From positions 1,719,355 to 1,783,354 of the forward strand of contig NC_134030.1 in the NCBI RefSeq assembly GCF_964204645.1: 64,000 nt of DNA, read 5' to 3'. Numbering within the stretch: position 1 is the stretch's first letter; every line of letters begins with the position of its first letter. Positions 12,686-27,800 of this stretch are shown piece by piece. Made by a program: the position numbers and the translations under genes. The stretch comes from Tubulanus polymorphus (lineage: Eukaryota; Animalia; Nemertea). The notes beneath the pieces were generated by a model that saw only the letters and a program-made list of their open reading frames with translations, was not told the DNA's origin and made no database searches.

Positions 12686-15296
12686 ATCGCTGTTTTTGGG
12701 TAAGATCGCAGTTTTTAGGTAAGATCGCAGTTTTTAGGTTAGATCGCTGTTTTGAGGTTAGATCACCGTTTTTGGTTAGATTGCTGTTTTGTGTTAGATC
12801 ACTTTTTGTGTTAGATCACAGTTTTTGTGTTAGATCGCTGTTTTTGGGTTAGATCGCTGTTTTGTGTTAGATCGCTGTTTTAGGTTAGATCGCAGTTTTT
12901 AGGTTACATTGCAGTATTTTGGTTAGACCGCAGTTTTTTGTTAGATCGCAGTTTTTAAGTTAGATCGCTGTTTTGGGTTAGATCGCAGTTTTTGTGTTAG
13001 ATCGCAGTTTTTGGGTTAGATCGCAGTTTTTGTGTTAGATCGCTGTTTTAGGTTAGATCGCAGTTTTTAAGTTAGATCGCTGTTTTGGGTTAGATCACAG
13101 TTTTTGTGTTAGATCGCTGTTTTAGGTTAGATCGCAGTTTTTAAGTTAGATCGCTGTTTTGGGTTAGATCACAGTTTTTGTGTTAGATCGCTGTTTTAGG
13201 TTAGATCGCAGTTTTTAAGTTAGATCGCAGTTTTTGTGTTAGATCGCAGTTTTTAGGTTAGATCGCTGTTTTGAGGTTAGATCACTGTTTTTGGTTAGAT
13301 TGCTGTTTTGTGTTAGATCACTTTTTGTGTTAGATGACAGTTTTTGTGTTAGATCGCTGTTTTTGGGTTAGATCGCTGTTTTGTGTTAGATCGCTGTTTT
13401 AGGTTAGATCGCAGTTTTTAGGTTACATTGCAGTATTTTGGTTAGACCGCAGTTTTTTGTTAGATCGCAGTTTTTAAGTTAGATCGCTGTTTTGGGTTAG
13501 ATCACAGTTTTTGTGTTAGATCGCTGTTTTAGGTTAGATCGCAGTTTTTAAGTTAGATCGCTGTTTTGGGTTAGATCACAGTTCTTGTGTTAGATCGCTG
13601 TTTTAGGTTAGATCGCAGTTTTTAAGTTAGATCGCAGTTTTTGTGTTAGATCGCTGTTTTAGGTTAGATCGCAGTTTTTAAGTTAGATCGCTGTTTTGGG
13701 TTAGATCACAGTTTTTGTGTTAGATCGCTGTTTTTAGGTTAGATCGCAGTTTTTAGGTTACATTGCAGTATTTGGGTTAGACCGCAGTTTTTTTGTTAGA
13801 TCGCAGTTTTTAAGTTAGATCACAGTTTTTGGGTTAGACCGCAGTTTTTTGTTAGATCGCAGTTTTTAAGTTAGATTGCTGTTTTGGGTTAGATCACAGC
13901 TTTTGTGTTAGATCACAGTTTTTGGGTTAGACCACAGTTTTTTTGTTAGATCGCAGTTTTTAAGTTAGATCGCTGTTTTGGGTTAGATCACAGTTTTTGT
14001 GTTAGATCGCTGTTTTTAGGTTAGATCGCAGTTTTTAGGTTACATTGCAGTATTTAGGTTAGACCGCAGTTTTTTTGTTAGATCGCAGTTTTTAAGTTAG
14101 ATCGCTGTTTTGGGTTAGATCACAGTTTTTGTGTTAGATCGCTGTTTTGGGTTAGATCACAGTTTTTGTGTTAGATAGCTTTTTTAGGTTAGATTGCTGT
14201 TTTTGGGTTAGATCGCTGTTTTAGGTTAGATCACAGTTTTTGGGTTAGATCGCTGTTTTGGGTTAGATCACAGTTTTTGTGTTAGATCGCTGTTTTTGTG
14301 TTAGATCGCTGTTTTGGGTTAGATCACAGTTTTTGGGTTAGATCGCTGTTTTTGGGTTTGATCGCTGTTTTGGGTTAGATCACAGTTTTTGGGTTAGATC
14401 GCTGTTTTTGGGTTAGATCGCTGTTTTGGGTTAGATCACAGTTTTTGGGTTAGATCGCTGTTTTTGGGTTAGATCGCTGTTTTTGGGTTAAATTGCTGTT
14501 TTTGTGTTGGATCATTGTTTTTTGTGTTAGATCATTGTTTTTGGGTTAGATCGATGTTTTTGTGTTAGATCGCATTTTTGTGTTAGATCACTGGTTTTTT
14601 GTTAGATTGCAGTTTTTAGGTTAGATCGCTGTTTTTGAGTTAGATCGCTGTTTTGTGTTAGATCGCCGTTTTGTGTTAGATCGCCGTTTTTAGGTTAGAT
14701 TGCTGTTTTTAGGTTAGATCGCTGTTTTTAGGTTAGATCGCTGTTTTTAGGTTATATCGCAGTTTTTGTGTTAGATCACTGTTATTGTGTTAGATAGCAG
14801 TTTTTAGGTTAGATCGCTGTTTTTGAGTTAAATCGCCTTTTTGGGTTAGATCACAGTTTTTGTGTTAGATCACAGCTTTTAGGTTAGATTGCTGTTTTTA
14901 GGTTAGATCCCTTTTTTTTCTTAGATCGCAGTATTTAGGTTAGATCGCTTTTTTTGGATTAGATCGCTGTTTTTGGGTTAGATCGCAGTTATTGTGTTAG
15001 ATCGCAGTTTTTTGTTAGATCGCTGTTTTTGGGTTAGACCGCAGTGTTTAGGTTAGATTGCAGTTTTTGGGTTAGAACACTGTTTTTCTGTTAGATCGCA
15101 TTTTTTGTTAGATCGCTGTTTTAGGTTGGATCGCTGTTTTAGGTTAGATCGCAGTTTTTTGTTAGGTCGCTGTTTTTGGGTTAGAAAGCTGTTTTTGTGT
15201 TAGATTGGTGTTTTTAGGTTAGATCGCTATTTTTGTGTAAGATCGCTGTTTTTGGGTTAGATCGCTGTTTTTGGGTTAGATCGCTGTCTTTGTGTT
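12686..15296. repeat. About 19-20-bp satellite (GTTAGATCGCWGTTTTTRK), roughly 130 copies, with higher-order blocks
   Basis: Continuous G/T-skewed tandem array. Confidence 0.97.
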
Positions 15297-15345
15297 TTTG
15301 TCAATCATCATATCAAGATTTGCAATCCCAGTTGCCTTCAAGTTT

Positions 15346-15740
15346 CATATAGAGAATTAGTGGATGTGGTGTCCCTGGACCCCTACATGCACCATATAGA
15401 GAATTAGTGGATGTGGTGTCCCTGGACCCCTACATGCAACATATAGAGAATTAGTGGATGTGGTGTCCCTGGACCCCTACATGCACCATATAGAGAATTA
15501 GTGGATGTGGTGTCCCTGGACCCCTACATGCACCATATAGAGAATTAGTGGATGTGGTGTCCCTGGACCCCTACATGCACCATATAGAGAATTAGTGGAT
15601 GTGGTGTCCCTGGACCCCTACATGCACCATATAGAGAATTAGTGGATGTGGTGTCCCTGGACCCCTACATGCACCATATAGAGAATTAGTGGATGTGGTG
15701 TCCCTGGACCCCTACATGCACCATATAGAGAATTAGTTCA
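15346..15740. repeat. 47-bp minisatellite (about 8 copies), inverted relative to 5159-5678
   Basis: catatagagaattagtggatgtggtgtccctggacccctacatgcac. Confidence 0.95.
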
Positions 15741-15808
15741 CTGAACCAGAATAAGACTGACTGATATATTTTCAAATGATTTAATATTTTTACTTGTTTT
15801 TCTAGAAG

Positions 15809-15871
15809 ATGCCAAAAGCTGTAAAAAAAACCCGGGGCGTGGGGCCCTCAACATCTAGCCCCTATAATAAA
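15809..15871 (+). CDS. Gene A coding exon 1 (MPKAVKKTRGVGPSTSSPYNK)
   Basis: tttttctag|AAG ATG ... AAT AAA|gtaagt. Confidence 0.65.
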
Positions 15872-18800
15872 GTAAGTACAAATTTACTGCTTCCATGCTT
15901 ATTTATTCATCCCATACTTAGTATTTTGTACCCCTGGGTCCAGTTTCACAAAAAGGATAAACGCCTTAATCGATTTAAGATAAACTGAATTAATGAAGAA
16001 ATTAAATCGATTTAAGAGTTAAACCTGTTTGTGAAACTAGGCCCTGAATTGCATCTAGAATGAAAAAAAAGAAAAAAAAATATTGAAAATAACGTTGGTG
16101 AAATATTTCTGGATCTTTCTGGATTTCTGCTCAATGCATCGTTTAGTAAAATATCGATATTCTCTAAAAGTAAAGATATAAGAATAAAAATATTGTATTG
16201 AATCGTGATTAGTTACTGTATGCGCTGCTAGTTGTTGCCCAACCCATAGCCTCATTTCTCTCCATTCTAAATTTGCATTGTTTAACATTGTCTGGTCGCT
16301 ATGGAAACTATTTATTTAAGTTTCTTTGTGGTATCCATGGCAACAGTAACGTTTAGGTAGTGGCACCAATTATGGGTCCCAACGTTCCCATGGCGATACA
16401 TGAGAACATTTATCCTATTTTTGACCTACATGACGTAAGATGGTAGTGAGTCGATGACGTCATTTTCGTCTCACCACTAATGAAAAAAAAAAGAAATGAA
16501 AAAAAAGGAAAAAATCGTTAGAATTACGTTTATGAAATTTTTCTGGATCGGCTAAATGTATTGTTCCATTAAATATCGACATTCTCTAAAATTATAGGCA
16601 TCAATATCAAAATGATGATACAGCAGACTCCGCTTAACTCTGTTCTATTTGGACCATTAATTAACCGAATACCAACTTTTTAAAATTTTAGGATTTTTAC
16701 GTTAAGGATCAGAAAATGTGTATGCAATTTCAACCGGGTACCGAGTAGGGTGGCCGAGTCTACTGTAGTCTGCTGCCCCCTCGAATCCATTACCTTATTA
16801 TCTCTCAATTTGCATTGTTTGACCTCGTCTGGTTGCTATGGAAACTATTTAGTTATATCAGGATCAACGGTTTTTTCGAGGTAACCAGTGGCAACATTTA
16901 ACAGGCGTGTCCATCCTAGAGATAAACTGTCTGATTTCACAGCCACATCCGTCCTAGAGATAAACTGTTAGATAAACTCTGATTTCGCGTCTGTCCTATT
17001 TCTTGTCATTGTATGAATATGTTTTCTCTTTTATAGGGTACAGCGCAGCAACAACAACAACAACAACAGCAACAGCAACAACAACAACAAAAATTTAATA
17101 TTTCTATGTCCGGAATAGACGTAAGTTATCGTAAACGCCTGTTTGAAGTCATCATTCTTGAGCTTGAAACCGAAATTTATATTATAGAATATTAAACCCT
17201 GCTTCTGCTACTGACAGGTAATGTCCGTCATACATTACTGCATCGTCAAATCTATACCAGGGTGCACCCAGGCAGATCGTTCGCATCATCACATGCAAAG
17301 GGCTGATTATTTTGGAACCCAGTTTTTATCAGCTGGAACATTCTGCACATTCGACCATATTGATTGATAGCCCGTTATAGACGAGTGGAGAAAAACTGAA
17401 AAACCAGTTCGGACAAACTTCGATTGATTTCACTCACATTTACAGAAATTTGGTCCGACCCCAAAACCATTTACTTACACTATACAAATCAGATCAGGTT
17501 TTTAACATTGTCTTTGATTGTATTTTCAGTTTTTGCCGACAACGCCGCCGAGCGGTTCTTCTACGCCGGTAAGTGATAACTATTTTCTAATAAATCACGC
17601 TTATTTCAATTTGTAATTTGAAAATAGAGGGTAGTAGCTGTTATGCATAAATTATGCTAATTAGGAATAAATTCAAATTCGATTAAGTCTCATCATCGTA
17701 GAAGTCATATATTAATGATGCTAAAGTTGTCATTTAAATTAAGTGTTATATTTACTACTTCATTTGCTTCATGACCCAAAAACCTCTACTATATAACTAC
17801 TGGTTTTGTTCTAATCTTGGAGAATTTGCTGCAAAATTTACTTATCATTTGTTAAACAGTTTTTATTGAAAACCTGAATCAGTGATACATGCATTCATGA
17901 ATATCCATCTAATATTTTGTTTTATTTTATCTTTACAGGATTTATCACCGATACAGCACGTGGACGTAAGAGATTAAACATTGATCTTGAATTTTAAGTT
18001 CAAACTAATTTATTTTTTATCTCACTCGGGACTATAGTTATTGCGTTCACTTTGCGTCCAGTTGTCTCGGCTAGTTTTTGATTTATCGTGTTGATAATTG
18101 GTTTATATACTCAAACTCAAAATATCGGCGCAATTGGAATTAAGATGGCGCACTTGTATGTCCATTTTTTTCCCCGGCAAAATTAGCACTTTAGCAGATT
18201 TTAAGGATCAATTCTGTTGTTATATTACATTGAAATCAGAGTTTAATATATATCGGTATAGAGCAGGTTTTTGCTCTAGTTATAAATAAAGTTATAAATA
18301 ATCTCATGACATGTTCTGTATATGTGTAGTGAGTTTCAATGTCTTTGGTTCCTTTTAAACCAGGGGGAGTTAAATTTGAAAATGTCAGATCGTCGAGCAT
18401 TTCAGACCGCTTCCAAAGTGGGTCCCTGCACCCCTAGTTATACCGTTAATATTTTAATAATATATTGATATACCATACATTGATATCGGTCTTGTAATTG
18501 GATCAACAACCATGAGATCAAAACACAGCAAATATGAACCTGCTGTGAATCAATAGATTTGTGATAAATGTAATGAAATTGTTATTTTTCATATTGACTT
18601 TTTGAGTTAAGGGTCTGTTGTATAAGAGTCTTTGGTCTCGCGTGTCAATGTATGATATCAATCTGTATTTCCTCGTTCCAATGTTTAAAAGGTGTTCGTC
18701 ACCTTATATTAATAAACTACTTTTACCGTTAGATGGCGCCATAAGTGTGATATTTGATTTATGGGATACCCGCAAAACCAGCTATTCCACCAGATGGCGC

Positions 18801-21800
18801 AACGAGTAGTAGGTCGTTCGTTGTCAAAATTAGTTCATTTTCGATGAACTTTGAACTGGTTTGAAGAAGAAATACTTTCATTCTTCTAATCTGATATCGA
18901 TTTAGTTTTCATTAATAATTGATTCATTTAAGAGAACAATTCATTCAGATTTAATTGAAATGTACAAGAAAATCGAACGCAGACGACCAACTATTTACTA
19001 GCGACACCTGGTGGATCCTCGCCTGCCATAAGTGGAATCCTCGATTGCCACAGTAAGACTGCGGGTATCCCATTGTTTGGCGTGTGAATTAAAGTAAAGT
19101 TAGAAAACGGATGTTAAACTTTGTTGTGAAACGAAAGCGTTTTGGAGATTTTTAAACCAATCAAATCAATATTTTGATATTACGCTTGAAACCCTTCCCA
19201 CTCATATTCTACTTACTAAGTATATATTCTTATTTCCGTGGAAATCATGGTGAGTGGCGCCATCTATACAGTGGAGTTAGCTTTATAAATCGAGCATGAT
19301 TCGACAAGTGGCTCCATCTATTCCCTAATACTGAAGCGAGGTAACCAGCAGCGCCCTCATATACAGGAAATGAACGCCTATCAAGTTTAACAATGCACGG
19401 TGTATTGACCACAGCGACCGGTGATAATTATATCAATGTTGATTAGCTATTGCCATAGACAGGTCCGTAGCGTTTGACTGGACCAGAACGGGGCCCCCTA
19501 ACCAAAACAAATTTTGAAAACGTGCCCAGATAAATTGCCTCTGGGAGATTGATTTAACGAGGTTTTGATTAAATGAACAAATTTTAATATTTGTAAGTTT
19601 AGCATTTCTGTTTTTAATTTTTCTTTGCGAGGAACTGAATTTTCGAACCCCCCCGAACCGCCTCAAGCTACGTTCCTGATATAGTGCTAGCTATACCTGA
19701 ATACTTTTCTCTTATTGAAATTTTCTAAAAAACCAGCACCTTGAACTAATGAACGTCATAATGAAAATGTTTAAAAATTCAACCGTTAATGAATTTGACT
19801 AATGTATTTTTTTTATTTTCATTTCTAGCGTCAGTTTGCCTCACAGCGAAGGTCGCCGTCGCTTAATGTAAGTATCAGTGACGCCCTCAATCTCACATGC
19901 CTCACTTCCCTCCTAATGTAACCATTTTTATGAAATTCCTCAAGAAAATATATACTAGTAATCTTAGAATACACGTTTTTGTACCCAGACCCCTTCATTC
20001 TACTGAACTACCGTGTAATAAGTGCCTGTTGTGTTCATTTTCTGTTGCATTGATTTATATATTATTTCTATTTACAGTTGTCAAACAACAGCAGCAGCAG
20101 CAGCGCACCCCTCCCGCCGGAGACGCCTCCCGACTTGCAAGCAAGAAGTAAGTTCAGTCTTCAAATACAATTTCAATGCATTCAATTTTGTGTATGGCGT
20201 TAAAACGGTTAAAGTTGTGACTAGTTTTCATAACTCCGTGACGTCATATTTCCATCGAGTACCGGACCCTTTCCAATGTTTTTTGCCAATTTGGATTGAA
20301 TGATCGCCAGCGGTTTTTCTATACGACCCGGCTCTGCTGTATTGCATTTAGCCATCCTTTTTCTTGGCGTTTTTTATAAGGTGTTTGATTTTGTCTCTAA
20401 GGGATTTAGGAATTTAAGAGACACTTGTACTCTCTATACAGTGAGTTTGTTCTGTTTTTGTTCCCTCGTGAATTTTATTTTTGTTTGGTATAATTTGATT
20501 TATCATAATCAAATCAAATCAGTGCATATTTCTTGAATTGCGTGTAAGTTATAATGTTATCAAATATCTTATATTTAAACCGAATATTTAATTGTTGTAT
20601 TTTTAATGCCGCTCCCTGCTAAAGTCGAGCGTCGTCATCGTGAGGGATGCGGTCATCTGTTCGGGCCCTGATTACGTTCTGTGTTCATCCTGTTGGGCTA
20701 CATCGGGCGTTATATGAGTTAATCCTTCCTCGACTTGCGGATTGTGGTCGGAAGATCTATGGGTTCGGGCCGATAAGTCCCGGAAACAGAAAGTACAGTT
20801 TCTGCCTATGTGCCCATTGATGTCTCTATTTCAGAACATCACAGCGGTCGCCGGCTGTACAAGCACGGTCGGCTTCCCAACTCCATTCTCTGAGGAGGAT
20901 CGCTGGTTCTCTAGTAACGGTCAGTCACCAGTCAATCAACAGTTCAGCTGGTTCAGTTTCCCAGATATCGGCGCGCGACAGTCGGGATACCTGCACAGGA
21001 ACTCAGGTCCGGTCCGGGCTACTCCGAGCACCAGTCCGGTCCAGGCCTCACTGGGTAATGAACATCTGGTCCGGTCCGGGCGGCTTCGAGCACCGGTCCG
21101 GTCCAGGCATCACCAGATACTGAACATCCTGTCCAGTCAGCTCCGTGCACCGGTCCGGTCCAGGCATCACCGGGTACTGAACATCTGGTCCGGTAGCTTC
21201 GAGAACTGGTCCGGTCCAGGCATCACCGGATACTGAACATCCTGTCCGGTCAGCTCCGTGCACCGGTCCGGTCCAGGCATCACCAGTTACTGGTCCGGTC
21301 CGGGCAGCTTTGAGCACCAGTCCATTCCAGGCATCACTGAGTACTGAACATCCAGTCTGGTCCGGTCCAGGCAACACCGGGTACTGATCATCCAGTCCGG
21401 TCCGGTCCAGGCATCACTGGGTACTGAACATCTGCTCCGGTAGCTTCGAGAACTGGTCCGGTCCAGGCATCACCGGGTACTGAACATCTGGTCCGGTAGC
21501 TTCGAGAACTGGTCCGGTCCAGGCATCACCGGGTACTGAACATCTGGTCCGGTAGCTTCGAGAACTGGTCCGGTCCAGGCATCACCGGGTACTGAACATC
21601 TGGTCAGGTAGCTTCGAGAACTGGTCCGGTCCAGGTATCACCGGGTACTGAACATCTGGTCCGGTAGCTTCGAGAACTGGTCCGGTCCAGGCATCACCGG
21701 GTACTGAACATCTGGTCCGGTAGCTTCGAGAACTGGTCCGGTCCAGGCATCACTGAGTACTGAACATCCAGTCTGGTCCGGTCCAGGCATCACCGGGTAC

Positions 21801-24800
21801 TGATCATCCAGTCCGGTCCGGTCCAGGCATCACTGGGACTGAACATCCAGTCTGGTCCGGTCCAGGCATCACCGGGTACTGAACATCCAGTCTGGTCCGG
21901 TCCAGGCATCACCAGTTACTGAACATCCAGTCCGGTCCGGTCCAGGCATCACTGGGTACTGAACATCCAGTCCGGTCCGGTCCAGGCATCACCGGGTTCT
22001 GATCATCCAGTCCGGTCCGGTCCAGGCATCACCGGGTACTGAACATCCAGTCCGGTCCGGTCCAGGCATCACTGGGTACTGAACATCCAGTCCGGTCCGG
22101 TCCAGGCATCACTGGGTACTGAACATCCAGTCTGGTCCGGTCCAGGCATCACCGGGTACTGAACATCCAGTCTGGTCCGGTCCAGGCATCACTGGGTACT
22201 GAACATCCGGTCCGGTCCGGTCCAGGCATCACCGGGTACTGAACATCCAGTCTGGTCCGGTCCAGGCATCACTGGGTACTGAACATCCAGTCTGGTCCGG
22301 TCCAGGCATCACCGGGTACTGAACATCCAGTCTGGTCCGGTCCAGGCATCACTGGGTACTGAACATCCGGTCCGGTCCGGTCCGGTCCAGGCATCACCGG
22401 GTACTGAACATCCAGTCCGGTCCAGTCCAGTCATCACCGGGTACTGAACAGGGTTCGTCGCGGTGCTTGAAAAGCTTGAAATGGCTTGAATTTGAAAAAT
22501 ACTACTCAAGCGCTTGAAAACAGCTTGAAAATAGATCGAAAGCTTGAAATAATTATTTTTGACTTGAAATAAAAAGTTATGGCTTGAAATGCTTGATTAT
22601 CACAAATTTTCTTCTTCACGAATTTTTTTCGATGAAATCGCAGACAGAATATGTTCTTGAGTTGTTTCTACGCGTGCGTCATGTTTTAGGCATCAATAAA
22701 GAAATTAATTGAATTGTATTGAATCGCTATGAGACTCTTGTGGTGAAACTCTACGGTGTCTGGAGACATGAACATACGGGGAAATTTCAGTCATGCATGT
22801 TATCGAGCATTGATGTAAAATGGCATTGAAATCCCACACCAGGAGTGAGAGCCATGTTGAAGGCACCGCGACCTAGTCAAAGTCATTGAACATTACAAAT
22901 TTCGTATTAGGCCATACAAAAATCAAGGTCTGTTTGCCGTCATCCGACCGACCCGACTTCAAAGGTACCCAGTGGAAACTTTTTTCTTGGATTCATTGAA
23001 ATAAATTGTATTTTTGATACAAATGGCCGACCCACTGCCGATGTATGAGCTATGTATGTTTGAAGTTAAGTGTGCATCATGTGAAAACATGCCTCGACTA
23101 TTTACTTGAAGTTTTCCAGGAAACTGGCAGTGTTCCAATAAGCTGCCATTCATTCTAAAGCTGGTAATGTTATAGCGTGCATATATTCAATCTACTGTTT
23201 CATTTTGAACGCAGATTTCGGATGTTGTTTCCGCTAAAAGTGGTGATGATAAATTTGTTGTTTTTTTTTGCCCCAAAATTTTGCAAAAAAAATGATGCTA
23301 CCTTCCTACTGACTTATCCCAAAAATTTTAGTAGGTGTAACGGCAAAACAGACAATTAATTTGGGATGGCCAAATATCCAAATCTTGATTGATATGAATA
23401 TTTAAGCTAGGAAATGCTGAAAATCATTGTGATGAACAGGTTTCATCTCTAACAGAATCGTATCAACTCGGAGGTTCCACTGGAATCAAAATTTTACCTC
23501 TTTTTTAACATTTTTATACGAACCTGTTCAAAATAGGCAAATTGGCTGCGACTAACGAAAATTGCTTCCAACGTGCCTTAAAAAATAGCTTGAAAATGGT
23601 ATAAATCTAGCTTGAAATGGCTTGAATTTCACCTGAGCTTGAGACAATGAACCCTGCTGAACATCTGGTCCGGTCAGCTTCCAGCACCGGTCCGGTCCAG
23701 GCATCACTGGGTACTGAACATCTGCTCCGGTCAGCTTTGAGCACCGGTCCGGTCCAGGCATCACTGAGTACTGAACATCCAGTCCGGTCCGGTCAGCTTC
23801 CAGCACCGGTCCGGTCCAGGCATCACCGGTTACTGGTCCGGTCCGGGCAGCTTTGAGCACCGGTCCGGTCCAGGCATCACTGAGTACTGAACATCCAGTC
23901 CAGTCCGGTCAGCTCCGAGCACCGGTCCAGGCATCACCAGGTACTGAACATCTGGTCTGGTCCGGGCGGCCTGGCATCAATGTTTCGAATTTAAAACATA
24001 GTTATCATGGTTCTAGGTTTGGTAGAGGGCGCTCTTCTACCAGATGCAGGAGCGAGGTCACCTTCACGGAGATCGAGATCGAGGGATTATGATTGATTCT
24101 GTAGGAACCATCATCATTCATCAGTTCAGGTCGAGGGACCGTTTAGGAAGTTCACGTCTTTCACGTCGAGGGACCGTTTAGGAAGTTCACGTCTTTCACG
24201 TCGAGGGACCGTTAAGGAAGTCGTCACAATAATCAGGATTTCCGCGATTTCGAAAGTAAGATTTTAAACTTGTTATTGTCATTGTAAGCTACCGCAGTTA
24301 CAGGTAAGCCTATTCTTGATTGCCCGAGACAGGCGTGCAGATATTGTTCCCGACTTAAGTTTTTGGTTGATTTTCTTGTGACTTGTTTGTTTTAGGGGTG
24401 AGATGGATGAGCCTTATTGTTTTTTGACATATATAGGTCATCCAAGATGGCCGCCACAGCCATTTCAATGTGTAAAATAGCCATTTTGAAGCTTGTGACA
24501 ACTCTACAATCTACAGTTTCAGACCAATTTACCAATTACTTATTCTGTGGTTTCATAATGGTAAGAGGATGAGCCTTATTGTTTTTGACATATATAGGTC
24601 ATCCAAGATGGCCGCCACAGCCATTTCAATGTGTGAAATAGCCATTTTGAAGCTTGTTACCGCTCTACGGACTTAAGTTTTAAGCTTAAGACTTAAGATG
24701 GCCACCACAGTTATATCAATGTCTTAAATCTTATCCGATTTGGAGCTTGTTACTGCTCTAAGATGTAGAGGTTTAGAGGTTTATAATTTCATTCATACTT

Positions 24801-27800
24801 GTACTGTGGTTTATTTATGGTGGTCAGAGGATGAGACCTATTACAATTTGCATTCTCTACTTGACTCACTGGTCAAGGGTTAATATCTAGTTTGATAAAT
24901 GTGGAGCATGTCGGTGAATCATCCCCCCCCCCTCCCCCGGACTCTGATCTCAATGTCTGATGTCAATCGTCAGCAGTTTCAATGGAATAGGCTCGATTAG
25001 GTGTGGAACAAGTGGAATCCTCGATTGCCACAGTCAAACCTAGAGTATTAAGAGCTCAATTAGGTTCTTCTTTGCGTCTCTTCTCCGGTTGGAGTGCTCC
25101 AGTTTCCACCGAATGGAGGAAGATTAGAGATGTGCAGATTCAAGTCCACCATGCGGACTCCGGCTCCGGCAGCTCAAAACTCAAAATGAATGCTCGGGGC
25201 CAGTGAGAGGTTGTCTATAACGAGCAGCCACCTACTGATCCGGCGTTCCCGGGTCGTATCACGGCGGCTACTGTCCTCAATTCTGAACACCTCCCGACAT
25301 GCGCCCGAAAGCAGGTCACGAGACAATAATCTCGTCAGCTCTCAAAGATCTGGCCAAAAAGAGAGCAATAGAACCAGTACGGGACGAAGCCACATCCGGC
25401 TGGTTTTCATGAATATTTATGCTCCTTAAGACCACAGGGCGTCGATGGACTGTCATTCCTCGAGTGGCACCTGGATATCCCGAGGCTTCCGATGACTAAA
25501 ACAGGGAGGTAATTCAAGGTCTCCGCCGAGGTTAATGGGCGGCTTCATTGGACCTGAAAGATGTCAGGTTCCTATTCACCCGAAATCTCATCAATTTTAC
25601 AGAATGAAGTGGAAACTCCGCCAGTTCCAGTTCAGGTCTCTTCCAGTCGGCCTCAGTACAGCCCACGCCCTGGGTATTTACCAGCTTGGGTCAAGTCCAG
25701 AAGGTACACTACACTCCAGGGCTGGGTTTCATAGATATGGAAGAAAAATAATTCCAGGGATCATTTTGAAATTTGTCAGTTAAAACCATGGTTTCTCATT
25801 GTTAGTCTGGTGGTTGTTACCCAGATTGAGGATTTATCCCTTTGGATAACTTTGATACTCAGTCTATGAAACCGGGTCCTGGAGTATTTGTCTGTTGGTT
25901 TACCTCGACGACTGGTTACTAGTACCAAACTCGACTATAGAATGTCAGGAGGCGGTGACCGCTGTCGACCGCTGTCGTAGACTTAGTTCACCAGTTCCGC
26001 GTAAACTAAGTAAAATCTCACTTGATGCCGTCCCAACAGTTCACATCTCCGGATCAGCACGGTCTTTCCGTCCATGGCTCGAGTAGCCAAACTTCAAGAA
26101 GCGTAGTTACCACAAACGAGAGGACAGCTAGTTATCGGTGACGCCTGTGGCTAAATGCAATACCGCAGTGCCAGGGGTCGTATCTCTGGCTATCTACACA
26201 TTCAGAGAATATTAACTAAAACCATAGGAAAGGGTCAAGCACTACTCCGAAAAAAAACTAATTTTATTTCCAAAAAATTATGATATTATATGGATTGCAG
26301 CTGTGTGGAAGAAGTTTTCAAAATTATTTAGGAGCTTATTATAATTTGAATGCATGAATTGAGAGCAATTTGAAATGTGTTGATATCCGAAAGTGTTTCC
26401 ATTGACTTCACTCATTCACCTGATGAAGCTTCTATACATTAGTACCCAAAGCTTGTGTGTCAAATAAACTAGTTACACGTCCTATAAAGTACTACTTGTC
26501 TCGTTATATATTCTAAACCCCAGTTAACAATTCCAGTAAGTCAGGTTTAGGGAATAGATATTTAAACCTTGAGATGATACCGATGTGATACAATTCCAGT
26601 AAGTCAGGTTTAGGGAATAGATATTTAAACCTTGAGATGAAACCGATGTGATACAATTCCAGTAAGTCAGGTTTAGGGAATAGATATTTAAACCTTGAGA
26701 TGATACCGATTTAATACAATTCCAGTAAGTCAGGTTTAGGGAATAAATATTTAAACCTTGAGATGAAACCGATGTGATACAATTCCAGTAAGTCAGGTTT
26801 AGGGAATAGATATTTAAACCTTCAGATGAAACCGATGTGATACAATTCCAGTAAGTCAGGTTTAGGGAATAGATATTTAAACCTTGAGATGATACCGATG
26901 TGATACAATTCCAGTAAGTCAGGTTTAGGGAATAGATATTTAAACCTTGAGATGATACCGATGTAATACAATTCCAGTAAGTCAGGTTTAGGGAATAGAT
27001 ATTTAAACCTTGAGATGATACCGATTTAATACAATTCCAGTAAGTCAGGTTTAGGGAATAAATATTTAAACCTTGAGATGAAACCGATGTCAGTGATACA
27101 ATTCCAGTAAGTCAGGTTTAGGGAATAGATATTTAAACCTTGAGATGATACCGATGTTATACATTCCCAGTAAGTCAGGTTTAGGGAATAGATATTTAAA
27201 CCTTGAGATGATACCGATGTTATACAATTCCAGTAAGTCAGGTTTAGGGAATAGATATTTAAACCTTCAGATGAAACCGATGTGATACAATTCCAGAAAG
27301 TCAAGTTTAGGGAATAGATATTTAAACCTTGAGATGAAACCGATGTGATACAATTCCAGTAAGTCAGGTTTAGGGAATAGATATTTAAACCTTGAGATGA
27401 AACCGATGTGATACAATTCCAGTAAGTCAGGTTTAGGGAATAGATATTTAAACCTTGAGATGATACCGATGTTATACAATTCCAGTAAGTCAGGTTTAGG
27501 GAATAGATATTTAAACCTTGAGATGAAACCGATGTGATACAATTCCAGTAAGTCAGGTTTAGGGAATAGATATTTAAACCTTGAGATTAAACCGATGTAA
27601 TACAATTCCAGTAAGTCAGGTTTAGGGAATAGATATTTAAACCTTGAGATGAAACCGATGTGATACAATTCCAGTAAGTCAGGTTTAGGGAATAGATATT
27701 TAAACCTTGAGATGATACCGATGTTATACAATTCCAGTAAGTCAGGTTTAGGGAATAGATATTTAAACCTTGAGATGAAACAGATGTGATACAATTCCAG

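Larger units (their letters stand above)
20250..26200 (+). mobile_element. Degenerate DIRS-like retroelement in gene A intron 6 (boundaries approximate)
   Basis: RT remnants at 25540-25960: DLK...QVPIHPKSHQFYRMKWKLRQFQFRSLPVGLSTA.PWVFT and VYLDDWLLV (YLDDW catalytic motif typical of DIRS RT). Possible RNase H DA motif near 26130. Frameshifted and interrupted; no tyrosine recombinase recognised. Confidence 0.65.

Noticed and set aside
20742-24092. ORFs with PVRSRHH / WTGPDR repeats
   Set aside because: Products of the 40-bp minisatellite inside the decayed retroelement.
26419-26475. CTGATGA hammerhead-like start (also near 40985-41010 on -)
   Set aside because: GAAA core and stems are too degenerate to support a call.
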